This document shows positions 26,866-38,900 of a stretch of DNA of 64,000 bases, in pieces. Numbering within the stretch: position 1 is the stretch's first letter; every line of letters starts with the position of its first letter. The translations under genes and the position numbers were made by a program. Origin of the DNA: Phoronis australis (lineage: Eukaryota > Animalia > Phoronida); assembly GCA_002633005.1 (NCBI GenBank), contig NMRA01000940.1, forward strand, positions 1 to 64,000, in the 5' to 3' direction. The notes beneath the pieces are model-generated. The model did no database searches, had not been told where the DNA came from, and worked only from the letters and a program-made list of their open reading frames with translations.

Positions 26866-29800
26866 ATGCACCGTGTTGTGATAACTGGTGCTTCTGGATT
26901 GTTAGGCAGAGCCATTTACAGGCAGTTCAGTGAAGATCCACAATGGCTGACTGTTGGGCTTGCCTTTTCCAGAGCAGGGGACAAATTTAGAAGAGTGGAC
27001 TTAACTAACAAAGATGAGGTTAAAAATTTGCTGCAAGAAATTAAGGTATCGGTAAAGATTGGGTGTAAGAAAAATGTGTCACTTATTGACCTATGATATT
27101 GTGATTAATCAACTGATCATTAAAATTTTGTGGAGAGCATAAAAGTTCTTTTCCAGTCACAGTGCATATCAGTGGCGGATTTAGAGGGGGGGGCAAGGGG
27201 GCCATGGCCCGGCCCCTAAAATTCTCACAGATTCCATTTGGCAATACGGGGGTGCGAATGTCTGATGGGCAAAATCTTGGCTAATACTCTGCCCTGACCC
27301 CCCTAACTCAAAATTCTGGATCCGCCCCTGCATATAGCTATCATTCTTTATAGCGCAAGTAGTATTAATTTCAAATTATACACTCCAAAACTGCTTTACC
27401 AGTTACATTAAGCCACTACTGTAGACCTGTGTAACCTGGGGGTATTTTTATATTCTTGGAAAGAATAAGGGTAAAATCTTACTTTTATTTCATTTTGCAA
27501 CACAAAAACTGTTTCTATCACCCAAGCCTATTTATTTTTGGATCTGATTAAACATCACCTAGAAAATGTTCCTCTTTTTTGCCATTGGTCATTCCAAGCC
27601 CTGTCTAACAAAGATGGAGTAAAATTGAGTGATGGGCAGAGTAAACAGAATGCCAAGTGTTAGCTTTTTCCATTTTAAAGGGACATTCTATTATCAGCAA
27701 GAAATGGGATTAAAATCTGAGATCAGTCTCAGCTCACAATTGGACCTACAAACCTTTGCGGTTGTAATCTAATGCTCTGCTAGCAAAGCTAAACCTTACG
27801 GCAGAGTATTTTATGGGTATTTTTAAGTTAAAACATGTTAAGTTGCTAGCTTTGGTTTCAGCAAATGTTTGACAGTCAAGGGTGAAAATTAGCGATTTGT
27901 AATAAAATAAAAAAACATTTTTTTGTTTTAAAGCTCTGGTCAGAGCAAATAACTTCCAAGAAGTCTATCCTGTCCAACAGTAATGCCAAAAATGTTTTTC
28001 TGCTGTAAAACTGATAATGTCACTTTAAGCCACTGCCAATTACTAGTCTATTTGTAAGCTATAAGTCTGGGCCAAGACCTGTTTTTGTATGGTTAATTGC
28101 AAGTTCTTGCGATGGATTCTTTTCAGCCACAGATCATTATACATTCTGCTGCTGAACGACGTCCGGATAACGTGGAAAACAAACCTGATGAAACTAAAGC
28201 TCTCAATGAACTTGCTACGACGTACTTATGTGAAGAAGCTCGTAAGTGTTCAAATCATGAAGCAGTGGTTTGGACTAAGGTCAAAGACATCTAAAAAAAT
28301 CAAACGACAGCCCTGTACATCTTAAGTTGTTGAAATCTGCCGACCATCAGTTTTCAAATTTATCCCTGATCAAAAATAATTCTTTGATACGGATTTCTTT
28401 GCAAATTGTTTGAATGTTTCCTTAATTTCTTGACATTGTTCTGTTTTGGGTCTCTCATTAGTTTGAGATTAAAATTGATTCATCTCCGAAAACTTTGAGA
28501 TAAAGTGATCATTCTGTTTGTAGCACTTGGCAATTTGATAATTTTGGATTTTCCAAAAATTTTCCCGGTCTGACAGAATACAAGGTTTTACCATATTTGG
28601 CCACAAACAGTGATTGCGTGCAGTTTGTAACACAGGCTGTTCTCTGTTCTATTGATGTGCCATTAAGTTAATATGTTTGCATTGTTTCAGGAAATATTGG
28701 TGCTTGGGTACTTTATATGAGCACGGACTATGTATTTGATGGCCAAAACCCTCCGTACAAAGTGGCAGACTCCACACATCCGTTGAACAAATATGGTCTC
28801 AGTAAACTGGCTGGAGAGCAGCTTACACTGAGCACACAGTCGGGTAGGAGGTTCAGTTCTAATCACTGGATAAGGGCAAGCGATCCCGAACAAATCAGAA
28901 AATTGTCTCATTTGTGAAAATACAATGAAACCAATCCCTTCAGCCTTGGAAGCAATGTACAGTGCATGGCAAACTAAAATTGATGGCTTTTGTCTTGAAA
29001 ATTGACTGATTTAAGAATATGTTTTGCGTTTACATACAGGAAAATCCTACATTAAACCCAATGTCAAAATTTCCCTGTTTTCATTTTTCAGTGGCTTCTG
29101 AGCTAAATGTCATCATGATGCCCACAATTTGTCAAATGTCTGATGACAACTACACTCATTGAAGAGTTTGATAAATAAGTGATTAAAAATTATCAACTAA
29201 AATAACATTGCACTTGTCTGTCATGCCAGGTACTATAATTTTATTAGAAGTCAGAGTTTACCATGATTGCAATCTTTAATTGTTTCAGACAATGGTGTTT
29301 TACGAGTGCCCATCCTATACGGACCTATTGAAGATTTGAGCGAGTCTGCAGTGACAATCTTATTCAAAGCTGTGCTGGATAGCTCCAAACCCAGCATGCA
29401 GTCGGATTATGAAAGACGCTTCCCAACACACGTTGATGACGTGGCTTTTGTTATTAAATTCATGGCCGAAAATAGACTGAAGGTGAGTGTGTGCCTTTTG
29501 TTCAATTGAAACGAGCTTAAGCTTGCATTTGTTGTATAATAATATTATACTATAATAATACCAAAAGTTACAAAATGTTTCCATAGACATCTACTGTGAG
29601 ATTTTTTGTGAATTTTATGGTCCCTACAAACTGTTAGTCATCTTAAGGTAGCATTGTACTTAGAACTCTTTAGTGTTATGACAGCACAAAGGCATGTTTC
29701 CCTTGACCCAGTTTTTAATTGTGGTGTGCGAGATGGGCTGGGTTGACAGGGACGAAATGCAATTTCTTTCATGCCCAGGCATTTTGGGATGTTGGACATT

Positions 29801-30695
29801 TTGTGTGAATTGTTCGAGTGTCCCACTGCACAACAGTGGCAAGTTTATGGCATTATGGTGAGACACAATTCATAAAAAAGCTAGGAAATAGCCCATTGCT
29901 TTAAACCTGCACAAGAATGGAGAGCGTGCTGCCCACACACTACTCTTATCGCCATGTAGCAACAAAACGTACCGGTACTTCATCATGACGCCTGTGTATA
30001 GGAAAATGGACAGTGGTGAAATTTTGAAAAAAAAATTGCTGTAGTAACAGCCTAGAGGATTTGTTCATAGTGAACATTAGTCGAACTGTGTTTCAAAGAG
30101 CCCTTCTTGCACCTTTTGTAACAGTACTGAAGTTCAAATCATACTGGCTTGGACTTGAGGAATAAGCAAGCCGTTTTATGAACTAGATTCATTGTTCTGG
30201 GGTTTGAAAAGGAAACTCTAAACAGGTCGAGATGCAAATACATCGGATTCCGTAGAATACAATTAATCAACCCCAAATTGTTCAGTGTTTTAATAACTCG
30301 GCGTATTAAAAATGTTCTCAGACAAGGTTCTCTATACATGGTTAGTTTCGTTGAACATGAATTGCAGCACCCTATTTATTAACTTCACCAGAGTACAGGA
30401 CACAATTCTTGCATTTCAGAATCCAAAAGACATGAGTGGTATCTTTCATTGGAGTGGTGTTGAAAACATGACCAAGTACAACATGTGTCTTTCCATGGCC
30501 GAGTGCTTTGCTTTACCGTCAGGTCATCTAACTGCAGATAGATCACCCAGCAAGGGAGCCCCGCGACCGTTCAATACACAGTTGGACTGTTCCCGGCTGG
30601 AAGGATTGGGTGACTTTTGTAGGAGGACTTTCAATGTTGGCATCAAAACTTGCCTGCAAAGTTATTACGATGAGTGGTGTTCAACTGAGCAATAG
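26866..30695 (+). CDS. MAT2B: Methionine adenosyltransferase 2 subunit beta (RmlD-like SDR fold), 5 coding exons, ~305 aa
   Basis: Exons 26866-27045, 28127-28241, 28691-28843, 29289-29482, 30420-30695 (918 nt). Motifs ITGASGLLGRA (GxxGxxG), HSAAERRPD, STDYVFDG-NPPY, YGLSK (YxxxK), LRVPILYG, RFPTHVDDVA, GIFHWSG-E-MTKY and GAPRPFNTQLDCSRLE. Confidence 0.94.
27170..27330. mobile_element. MITE (161 bp) with 5-bp TSD CATAT, hAT5-like
   Basis: CATAT|CAGTGGCGGATTTAG...CTGGATCCGCCCCTG|CATAT. Same family as 56639-56775, in the opposite orientation. Confidence 0.85.
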
Positions 30696-31790
30696 AAATT
30701 GTGCTTCGTGGTATAGAAATTCACCTGAACGCTGTCGCATCCGATCGTTTTCATTTTGTGACAGCTAGTGCCAGAACTTTGATTGACAGTTTTTAGGTCA
30801 ATGTTTGTGCTCACTCGTTATCTTGCATGCATGGCAGGCAGTCTGGATGTTTGTTGTGTTGCTAGAAAATATGTTAGCGTTGCAAGTTTAATATATCGTC
30901 AAAATTTATTCATTGAATATGTTGCAGCTGAAATTGCATAGGAAATGTAATGTAAATTAATCATGGGAAATTAGAGGGAAATTGTTGAAATTTAATATGT
31001 CTTCGTGTCTTTGAGAACTACAGTTGACCAACAACCTTCTACAATAACATCAACACTGGATAATTAAAATATGAAATTTAACATTGAAATTAATTTGTAC
31101 ATCAGGCTATGGCAGTCTTATATTGATAGCAAATCAAATTTGTTTAATTCATATAGTTATAGTTTATTTTTCAACATTACATGTTGTTGGTGTTGTTGTT
31201 GTGCAGACTTTGAGGTGCTAAGCTGGCTCTCCCATGCTTAACACTTATTTCCGTGATTATATGGCAAAACAAGTTGAAACCGCAAAAAATCAGTGGAAGG
31301 TGGCCTGTTGGATCCTTGGTTTTCTTTAGAGTAAGTTTGGTGGACGAAATCCAATGCCAATCAGCGTCTCTTGTCCAGTCAATGCTGAGAGTAATGAGCA
31401 TGACTACTGCATTATGATGAAAAATCATAAAAGGCAAGTCACATTGTAAGATTTTTTATTTCTTCTACCAAATCATTTGTGGTTGCATATTGGTTTCGAA
31501 GGATACACCACAATAACACAATTACTTTAAAGGCGAAGGCAACCTTTTTCCATGTCATTTTGAGCTAAAATAAGGTTGGTTGGTTATCCTAGACATATTT
31601 TCCACTTAATTACAGCTTTTTGTAATTTTATTAATTACTCGTCCGCTACTGCGGAAGTGACGTTTTAGGAGGCAACCATTTCGCGCCAATTTCTTTTCAT
31701 ATAGTCTGACTGTGAGAGCTGCCGAGTCAGTCATTGTTCTACCTCGGTTGTGTTAAGTTCCGTCGTCGTTTGCTTTCATTTACTAGTCAG

Positions 31791-32239
31791 NNNNNNNNNN
31801 NNNNNNNNNNNNNNNNNNNNNNNNNNNNNNNNNNNNNNNNNNNNNNNNNNNNNNNNNNNNNNNNNNNNNNNNNNNNNNNNNNNNNNNNNNNNNNNNNNNN
31901 NNNNNNNNNNNNNNNNNNNNNNNNNNNNNNNNNNNNNNNNNNNNNNNNNNNNNNNNNNNNNNNNNNNNNNNNNNNNNNNNNNNNNNNNNNNNNNNNNNNN
32001 NNNNNNNNNNNNNNNNNNNNNNNNNNNNNNNNNNNNNNNNNNNNNNNNNNNNNNNNNNNNNNNNNNNNNNNNNNNNNNNNNNNNNNNNNNNNNNNNNNNN
32101 NNNNNNNNNNNNNNNNNNNNNNNNNNNNNNNNNNNNNNNNNNNNNNNNNNNNNNNNNNNNNNNNNNNNNNNNNNNNNNNNNNNNNNNNNNNNNNNNNNNN
32201 NNNNNNNNNNNNNNNNNNNNNNNNNNNNNNNNNNNNNNN
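31791..32239. other. Assembly gap (449 N)
   Basis: Run of N inside the inverted-repeat element. Confidence 1.
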
Positions 32240-32615
32240 GGCTCCAACCACTGTACTGGCCACAGCTCGCAAAGCTTCTCGCCTCAAAAACGCACTTCTC
32301 GGGGGGTGGCGACGGGGCACTGCCGGGAATCAACACAGACGGAATGGCATCCTTCTTCAGGCGTTGTTTCGCAGGGACCTTCATCAGCTCAGCGTACAAA
32401 TCCCTTTCGTAACCGGAGGGCAGAAATTGCTTGCCACACACACGGTAATTCTCCACTGCTTTGTACGTTGCGTGGACGGGTAACGCTACGTTCTTCACAC
32501 GAACGAGCCAAGTACGGCGAAGTGTGTCATCCATCGGAAAGCGATGGAAAGGTACTCCCAAAGCGCGCGTGAGCAGATAACTAGTACATTCCGGTACGCA
32601 GCAACAGTGTGGCAT
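32240..32615 (-). CDS. THAP zinc-finger ORF (transposase N-terminus); runs into the assembly gap
   Basis: MPHCCCVPEC...FHRFP...W...VCGKQF...RLKKDAIPSV gives the THAP C2CH pattern and AVPTIF-like box, but the zinc-ligand His position is Gln. Confidence 0.8.
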
Positions 32616-32961
32616 GTTGACTGACTAGTAAATGAAAGCAAACGACGACGGAACTTAACACAACCGAGGTAGAACAATGACTGACTCGGCAGCTCTCACA
32701 GACTATATGAAAAGAAATTGGCGCGAAATGCTTGCCTCCTAAAACGTCACTTCCGCAGTAGCGGACGAGTAATTAATAAAATTACGAAAAGCTGTAATTA
32801 AGTGGAAAATATGTCTAGGATAACCAACCAACCTTATTTTAGCTCAAAATGACATGGAAAAAGGTTGCCTTCGCCTTTAAACTCTCACTCATAACTTAAC
32901 ATTGCGACAAATCCAAGTTTTTCAGCACCCAGGATTATTTGTTGCTATCAGTAACAAAAGG

Positions 32962-35900
32962 TCATCTTTTTAGAACTGATATAAAAGCGTCCTTTGGCAC
33001 GTCAACATTTCCAATCTTGCGCATCTTTCGTTTGCCCTCCGCCTGAGCCTTGAGGAGTTTTGTTTTACGAGTGATATCCCCACCGTACTGAAAGTAAATT
33101 AGAAAGCAGTTTCATACACTTGTCTTAAATGAATGAGTAGTTGGTCAAAGTATTTCATTATCACGGTCATTTGTTAAATACGTGATGGCGCTGCTTATTT
33201 ATTGCTTTTACGGAGACTCACACCAGCTTCTTTTTAAAACGCTAAGTTGATTACGCGCACAACCTTCCATAGTCATCACAACTTACACATTTAGCTGTAA
33301 CGTCTTTCCGTAATGCTTTAATATTCTCCCTTGCCACTATTTTCCCTCCGATGGCTGCCTGTATCGCTATGAGAAACAGCTGTTGTGGAATGACCTCTTT
33401 CAGCTTGCTCACAATCCGGTGACCCACTGACCTAGCTTTGGTCACGTGGCAGAGGGTAGTCAGCTCCTCGACCTCCTTACCATTCAAAAGTATTGTCAGC
33501 TGAAGTGGGAATATAACAAAAATTTGGCCTTAACTTGTAGATTGCCTAACATGGACTGTTTTGTGAAGAACTTTACTGCCAAGAAAGAAAACCCCTAAAC
33601 GTCATTTAGTCAAAGTTTATAGTTTTTGGTGTACACTCTGTTACTCATCAGAAGAATTACATTAACCAATGTAAGTTATTTTATTAAAAACTTTTATTTG
33701 ATGTGGTTATTCAAAAACTCTATAATTAAGTAATTAAAAATGATAATTATTTTAGAAGCAATGATTTCGAATAATAAGTAAATGAATGATAACCAATAGG
33801 TAAAAGGGGTCAATATTTTATTTCCTAGACGCTAATTGCAATGCAGTACTAACCAGTGAACTGAACATCTCAAAATGATAATCAGAGATGATGAACACAA
33901 ACTTACACTTCACGTGAATACTGCACTAAAGGTGAACAACATTTTGATTTAAAGGAAAGTTTGGCTTAAATGCTCAGAACTGCCTACCTGTACCTTATCG
34001 AGGGTTACATTTCTTTGATCTGTCTGTCATCCATAAAGCTATACAGTCATTTTAAAAATCCTATTTGATCACAGAAACTTGTGAAAAGAGTGTCCAGACA
34101 TTTATAGTCACATGACCACATTTTACATCTTTCATGAAGACTGGTATTCATGGGTGAGAAAATTTTCACACAAAGCTCACAAATCCGAAACCGCCTTTGA
34201 GATGTTTTAAACCAAGGACTTGGATGTCAAAAAATGAGGAATAAAATGTTTTGTGTAATTTCTTAAACATTTCTAAAACGTCATCTTGTCTTCATTTTTA
34301 ATAACTGCTGACTTCAAAAGATTTTTGAGAAAACGATGCAAAATTATGTCATTGAATTTATACAGTGGCAAACAGTTACCTTAACAAGATTTGTTAACTG
34401 ATAGCCAGCATCTTCATAGTCAAAACTGAAACAGAACAATTGAAACATTATGCAAGTGCTAAAATTGCAGAAAAAAAATTGACAAAACGAGATAAATCAC
34501 AAGGAAACATTATGTAGCAGACGAATATCTAGAAGTGATATACGGTTTATTAAAATTGTTTTAAAAAGTCCCACATTATGCATTTAAAATGGAGTTCAAC
34601 TAATTCAGCAGTGAATACAACAGAATCTGATCTACATATTACTCCCCATGGATACATATTGAATCACTTTAAAACATTAGACAAGGCATTCTTCTATTGT
34701 ACAAGCCTTATGGCAAAAACAAAGCATCTTGTGTGAATCCAAGCATTTATTAAACATAAGCGAACTGTATTACTAAATTACTGTTTCTGTTATGACCAAG
34801 ATCTCTTCTAAAACATATTTTGTCAAGAACACATTAGAAGAAGCAGACTGGTTCAACAGCTGTCTGAAAAAGCATCTACTGAGTGGCGGTACAATCATGA
34901 CTGTTCACCATACTACTCTTAACTACTACAATGTTTCAAGGACACTGACTTGCAGTGAGCACTGACCATGTTATCTGACCAATGGATTAAGACAGTTAGA
35001 TATGTTGGGGATGTAAATGGACTGTCTCCACTATAAACAGTAATTGAATGTCCAAGTGAAGAGATTCATCTTGGAATGAAACCTTGACTATGTGTCCATG
35101 CTTAGTGAGAATTGTCTTTCATGGTTAACCCTATTATAAACGAATGCTTGTGGTTGCATTCATTAACCAACCTTGCGTATCCTGACGTGACGGATTTGAG
35201 CTCATCAAAGAAATCAACAACAACTTCGTTCAGTGGTAGAAGTACTTTTATCATCAGGCGAGAGTTGTCTATGTATGTTTGGTCTTGTTGCAGGCCACGC
35301 CGCTCCTATCAATGTAAAAACAATTCATTTACTTGAAACTAGGAGCAGAGTCCGTGTTTTCAAAAGTTGGGAAATTTCACTTAAGTTGTTTAATTTGTAA
35401 TTACTTATAATTATGTGGCAAAGATGTGGAAAAATTTAGACATAACTAGTAAATCGCAGAAAACTTAGCAAAAAAGAAAACATTTTCTTCGAAAGCTCAT
35501 TGACAAAGCTCACTGACAATTTTCGAGTAGCATTTCAAATGGAAAGCTAATTTGCATAGCTACCTACCAAACAGACTTTGTAAATTTCACTCAGGTACTC
35601 ATCAGGTGCAATGATAGTTCCCATGACAACAGGCTCATGATACTCAGTAATAATGGCGGGATCTGGCAACTGGAAGAGTAATGCAGTGCTTAGATGAAGA
35701 AAATAAAAAACAAATACCGTAACAAGTTCATTCAGTCAAATAATCACTTATAGCAGATGACAGTCGGCCACTTACAATTCAAGCAAAATGTGTCCCGCAT
35801 TCTTGAGCCCAGATAGACTGTTTTGACATGACAAAGTGGTTTCAGCTCAACATCCAACAGAGATGTATCACAAAAAGCGATCAGGTAACTGCTTTGAAGT

Positions 35901-38900
35901 GAGAATGTGTATGACTTCAGAGGCCCAGTAATCTATTTTTTAAAACTGACAAAGCAAGTAGCGATAATTTAATACACCAAGCAAACAAATACACACAACT
36001 TCTCTGCAGATACAATACAATGATGAAAGACAATGAGCGTTTAGTTCCCCTTATTTTTAACATACCTCGCCAGGGGAACACAAACGGAAGTTTTCCAATT
36101 AATTTTAACACACTTCAATAGAGCTCTTTCCGACTCTGCTAACGTGGGATGAACTTTGGCGAAATTATTTTTTTGGTGGTTTAGACAATCCCTTGTCAGA
36201 CACATAGCATTTGTGTATGGATTAAGCGAGATGTTATTACACTCAGTCACTAATTGTTTATTTTTGGACTTGCAAGGTCAGTTCTAGCGATTTTGACAAA
36301 GTGCATGAAGCAACACCGTCTTGTTGAGATTTAAAAATGAGTTTTAGTCCACAAGAAATGGTTTGTCGAATTTCAAAGTTGTCCAGTTTAAATTGGAAAG
36401 TACTTTAGGTGTCCCAACACAACAGCCACACTAGATATGAGCCTGAGAAATGTATGCACGATGTTATTTAAAATTAAGTGTTGGTTCATTGCTACTAAAG
36501 CAGTTTGACTTATTCTCATTTGCAGGCAATTGTACAAATACACACTAGCAACTAAATGCCAGGTAACTCACATGACAAGGGTTCAGCACAGTCACTTCTT
36601 CAGACCCATATTTTTTGATGTTCTTGGCACCATAGATCTTCACTATTCAAAGAAAAACAAGGCAAAATTGATTATTTTCAACCAATTTAAATTAAAATCT
36701 GCCACTGCTGAAATCAGTAAAATGCCAATCAAAACAAAGTTCACTTGATCCTGAAATCACACTTAAGATGAGAAGAGTCATAATCCATAAACAGTACCTT
36801 ATTTTGAATTATCATAGAAACGATTCCTTAGAAGTATAATATAGAACAATCTGATCTATAGCACATTGTACTTTACTGCAACCATTTATTATATAATAAA
36901 CAGTCTCATCACCTTTGTATGGTACATTTGGTGTAGTCATGATAACATTGGCATCATGTTCCTGCTCCAGTCTCTGACTAAACACTTCCATATGAAGAAG
37001 TCCAAGGAATCCCAGCCTCCACCCTTGGCCTAGTGCGGCACTGAAACATGCAGCAAGGAAAGTTTAGAGAGACGAGATGAAAGCAATTTTGTTCTTGCTC
37101 ACAATCCAAAGTACAAATTATATATCACGTTACTCAGCCACGCAAAATGTGTCTTGAACATTTCCTAACTTCGACAGATAATGATCTCCACCCCCTGGTC
37201 ACTTGCATCATAAAAAAAATGAATGACAGGGTTTGTCAACCCTTTCAATTCCAAAAATCAGTTGTTATCACAGAAGGGGGAATTTTGAGACCAGCTTCGT
37301 AAGATTAAGCAACCTCCCTCCGTGATTATGTACATGATAAGACAGCAAGCAAAAAGGAATTTCCTCTTTCTTCAAATCACCAGGTTCCTAGTAGTTCAAA
37401 CAACAGTAAATTATGTGGCAGGCAATACATGACAAGGCAATATCTCAATATTTGTTCAGAAACGACACAAAATATCTGACAATCATAATAACAAGAAACA
37501 AACCCTGGATATCTGACTTGTTCATTAGGGATGCACCTGCAGTGAAACTAGCACACGTGGAACATGCGAAAGTTGGATTTTTGATTTTCTTGGACAAAGT
37601 TCCACAATGTGATAGTTCTAGTTTGTACACTCAACCCTTCAGATATGACTGATTTCACCTAACTCAGATAAAATCTCGTGGTTCAGTTGGATCCAACTTA
37701 TGCCCATTTTACTGAGTCAGACGTATTTACTATGCTGGGGTACATTCGGCAAATCGACATTCCTGCAAGATTGGCGAGATCGCACAAGATCGTGATAGTG
37801 ACTAGTGAACACATGCAGAACGTCTTCAACTGAAGTAATAGATGGGCAAGGATGGAATATTGCATTATGGGAGAAAAATATAGAGAACACTACTATTTGC
37901 ATTCCACAAGCCAAGATTTCTCACTGCAAGTATCCTGCAAGTGTCTTGTGTATTACGGAATACCGCCCTGGCTGACAGTGACACACAAGTCATAGCCCTG
38001 GCTGACAGTGATACACAAGTGACCCAATAAGAGAGGCACACCCACCTACTATCCTGGCTAACCGTGACACTCGAGTCATTTAGTGTCAGACGCTCTATGG
38101 CATTACGTAATGCAGGGAGCTCTGACTGGTCTGTGGGGTAGATACCAGCAAACACCTGCAACAATGGAGCAAGTACAATGAGGTTATTAGGCCAAACATT
38201 CACCATTCTGGAACTACGAATATCCATATCCAGAATTCAACTATCCTTTACAGTGGAAGTAGAAGCAAAAGAAGCAAAAAGACTGAGTTAAGTCAACATT
38301 TAAGGAATCAACATCTCAGAAGTCTTCTTTGAATTGGTGAAGCTTCAGAACATCGTGATCCGGATAAGACATTTTTGAAAACTTTTCTGCCAGGCAGATT
38401 AACAATTAATCTAGTAAATCCACCCAGAAGAATACTTGAAAAAAATTCCATGTCCTTGCAGAATTGCCACACTTGAGTCAGTATCTGTATTACAACATGC
38501 TGAAGAAGCCTATTTTCACCTCCCACTGGCCAGTTTGAATCGCTCATTTTAGCCAGCCATTCAGTACTTCATGTCGCCTAAGCATAACAATATTCATTTT
38601 GAACATTAATGTACCATACCATTGCTTGGGCTTGTTTAAAACCTGGCAGGGGCTCCACAAGGTAATCTTTATGGCACAATGTGTCCCCCACTTGTGCCTC
38701 TTTGATGTCCTTCATGTTAGCATACAAATAGCCTACTTGACCAGCAAGCCTAGAGAAAAGAATAGTCATATAACTTACAGAAACTATTCTGGCTGGTGAC
38801 TTAAATTTATTTGCAATCTGTGCAATATTATTGTTACAACCAAAATTCTAGCAAACACACCTATATGAAGCTATTAGATCTTTTGTAAGGAATTATAAAT

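Larger units (their letters stand above)
31531..32876. mobile_element. Kolobok-like DNA transposon (probably internally deleted) with at least 256-bp near-identical TIRs and TTAA TSD
   Basis: TTAA(31527-30)|AGGCGAAGGCAACC...GGTTGCCTTCGCCT|TTAA(32877-80). TIRs 31531-31790 and 32621-32876 differ by one 4-bp indel and about 2 substitutions. TTAA TSD, 5'-RR..YY-3' ends and a THAP ORF match Kolobok. The interior contains the N gap. Confidence 0.85.

Noticed and set aside
31734-32483. Long ORFs crossing the N run
   Set aside because: Artefacts of translating the assembly gap; only the THAP segment 32240-32615 is meaningful.
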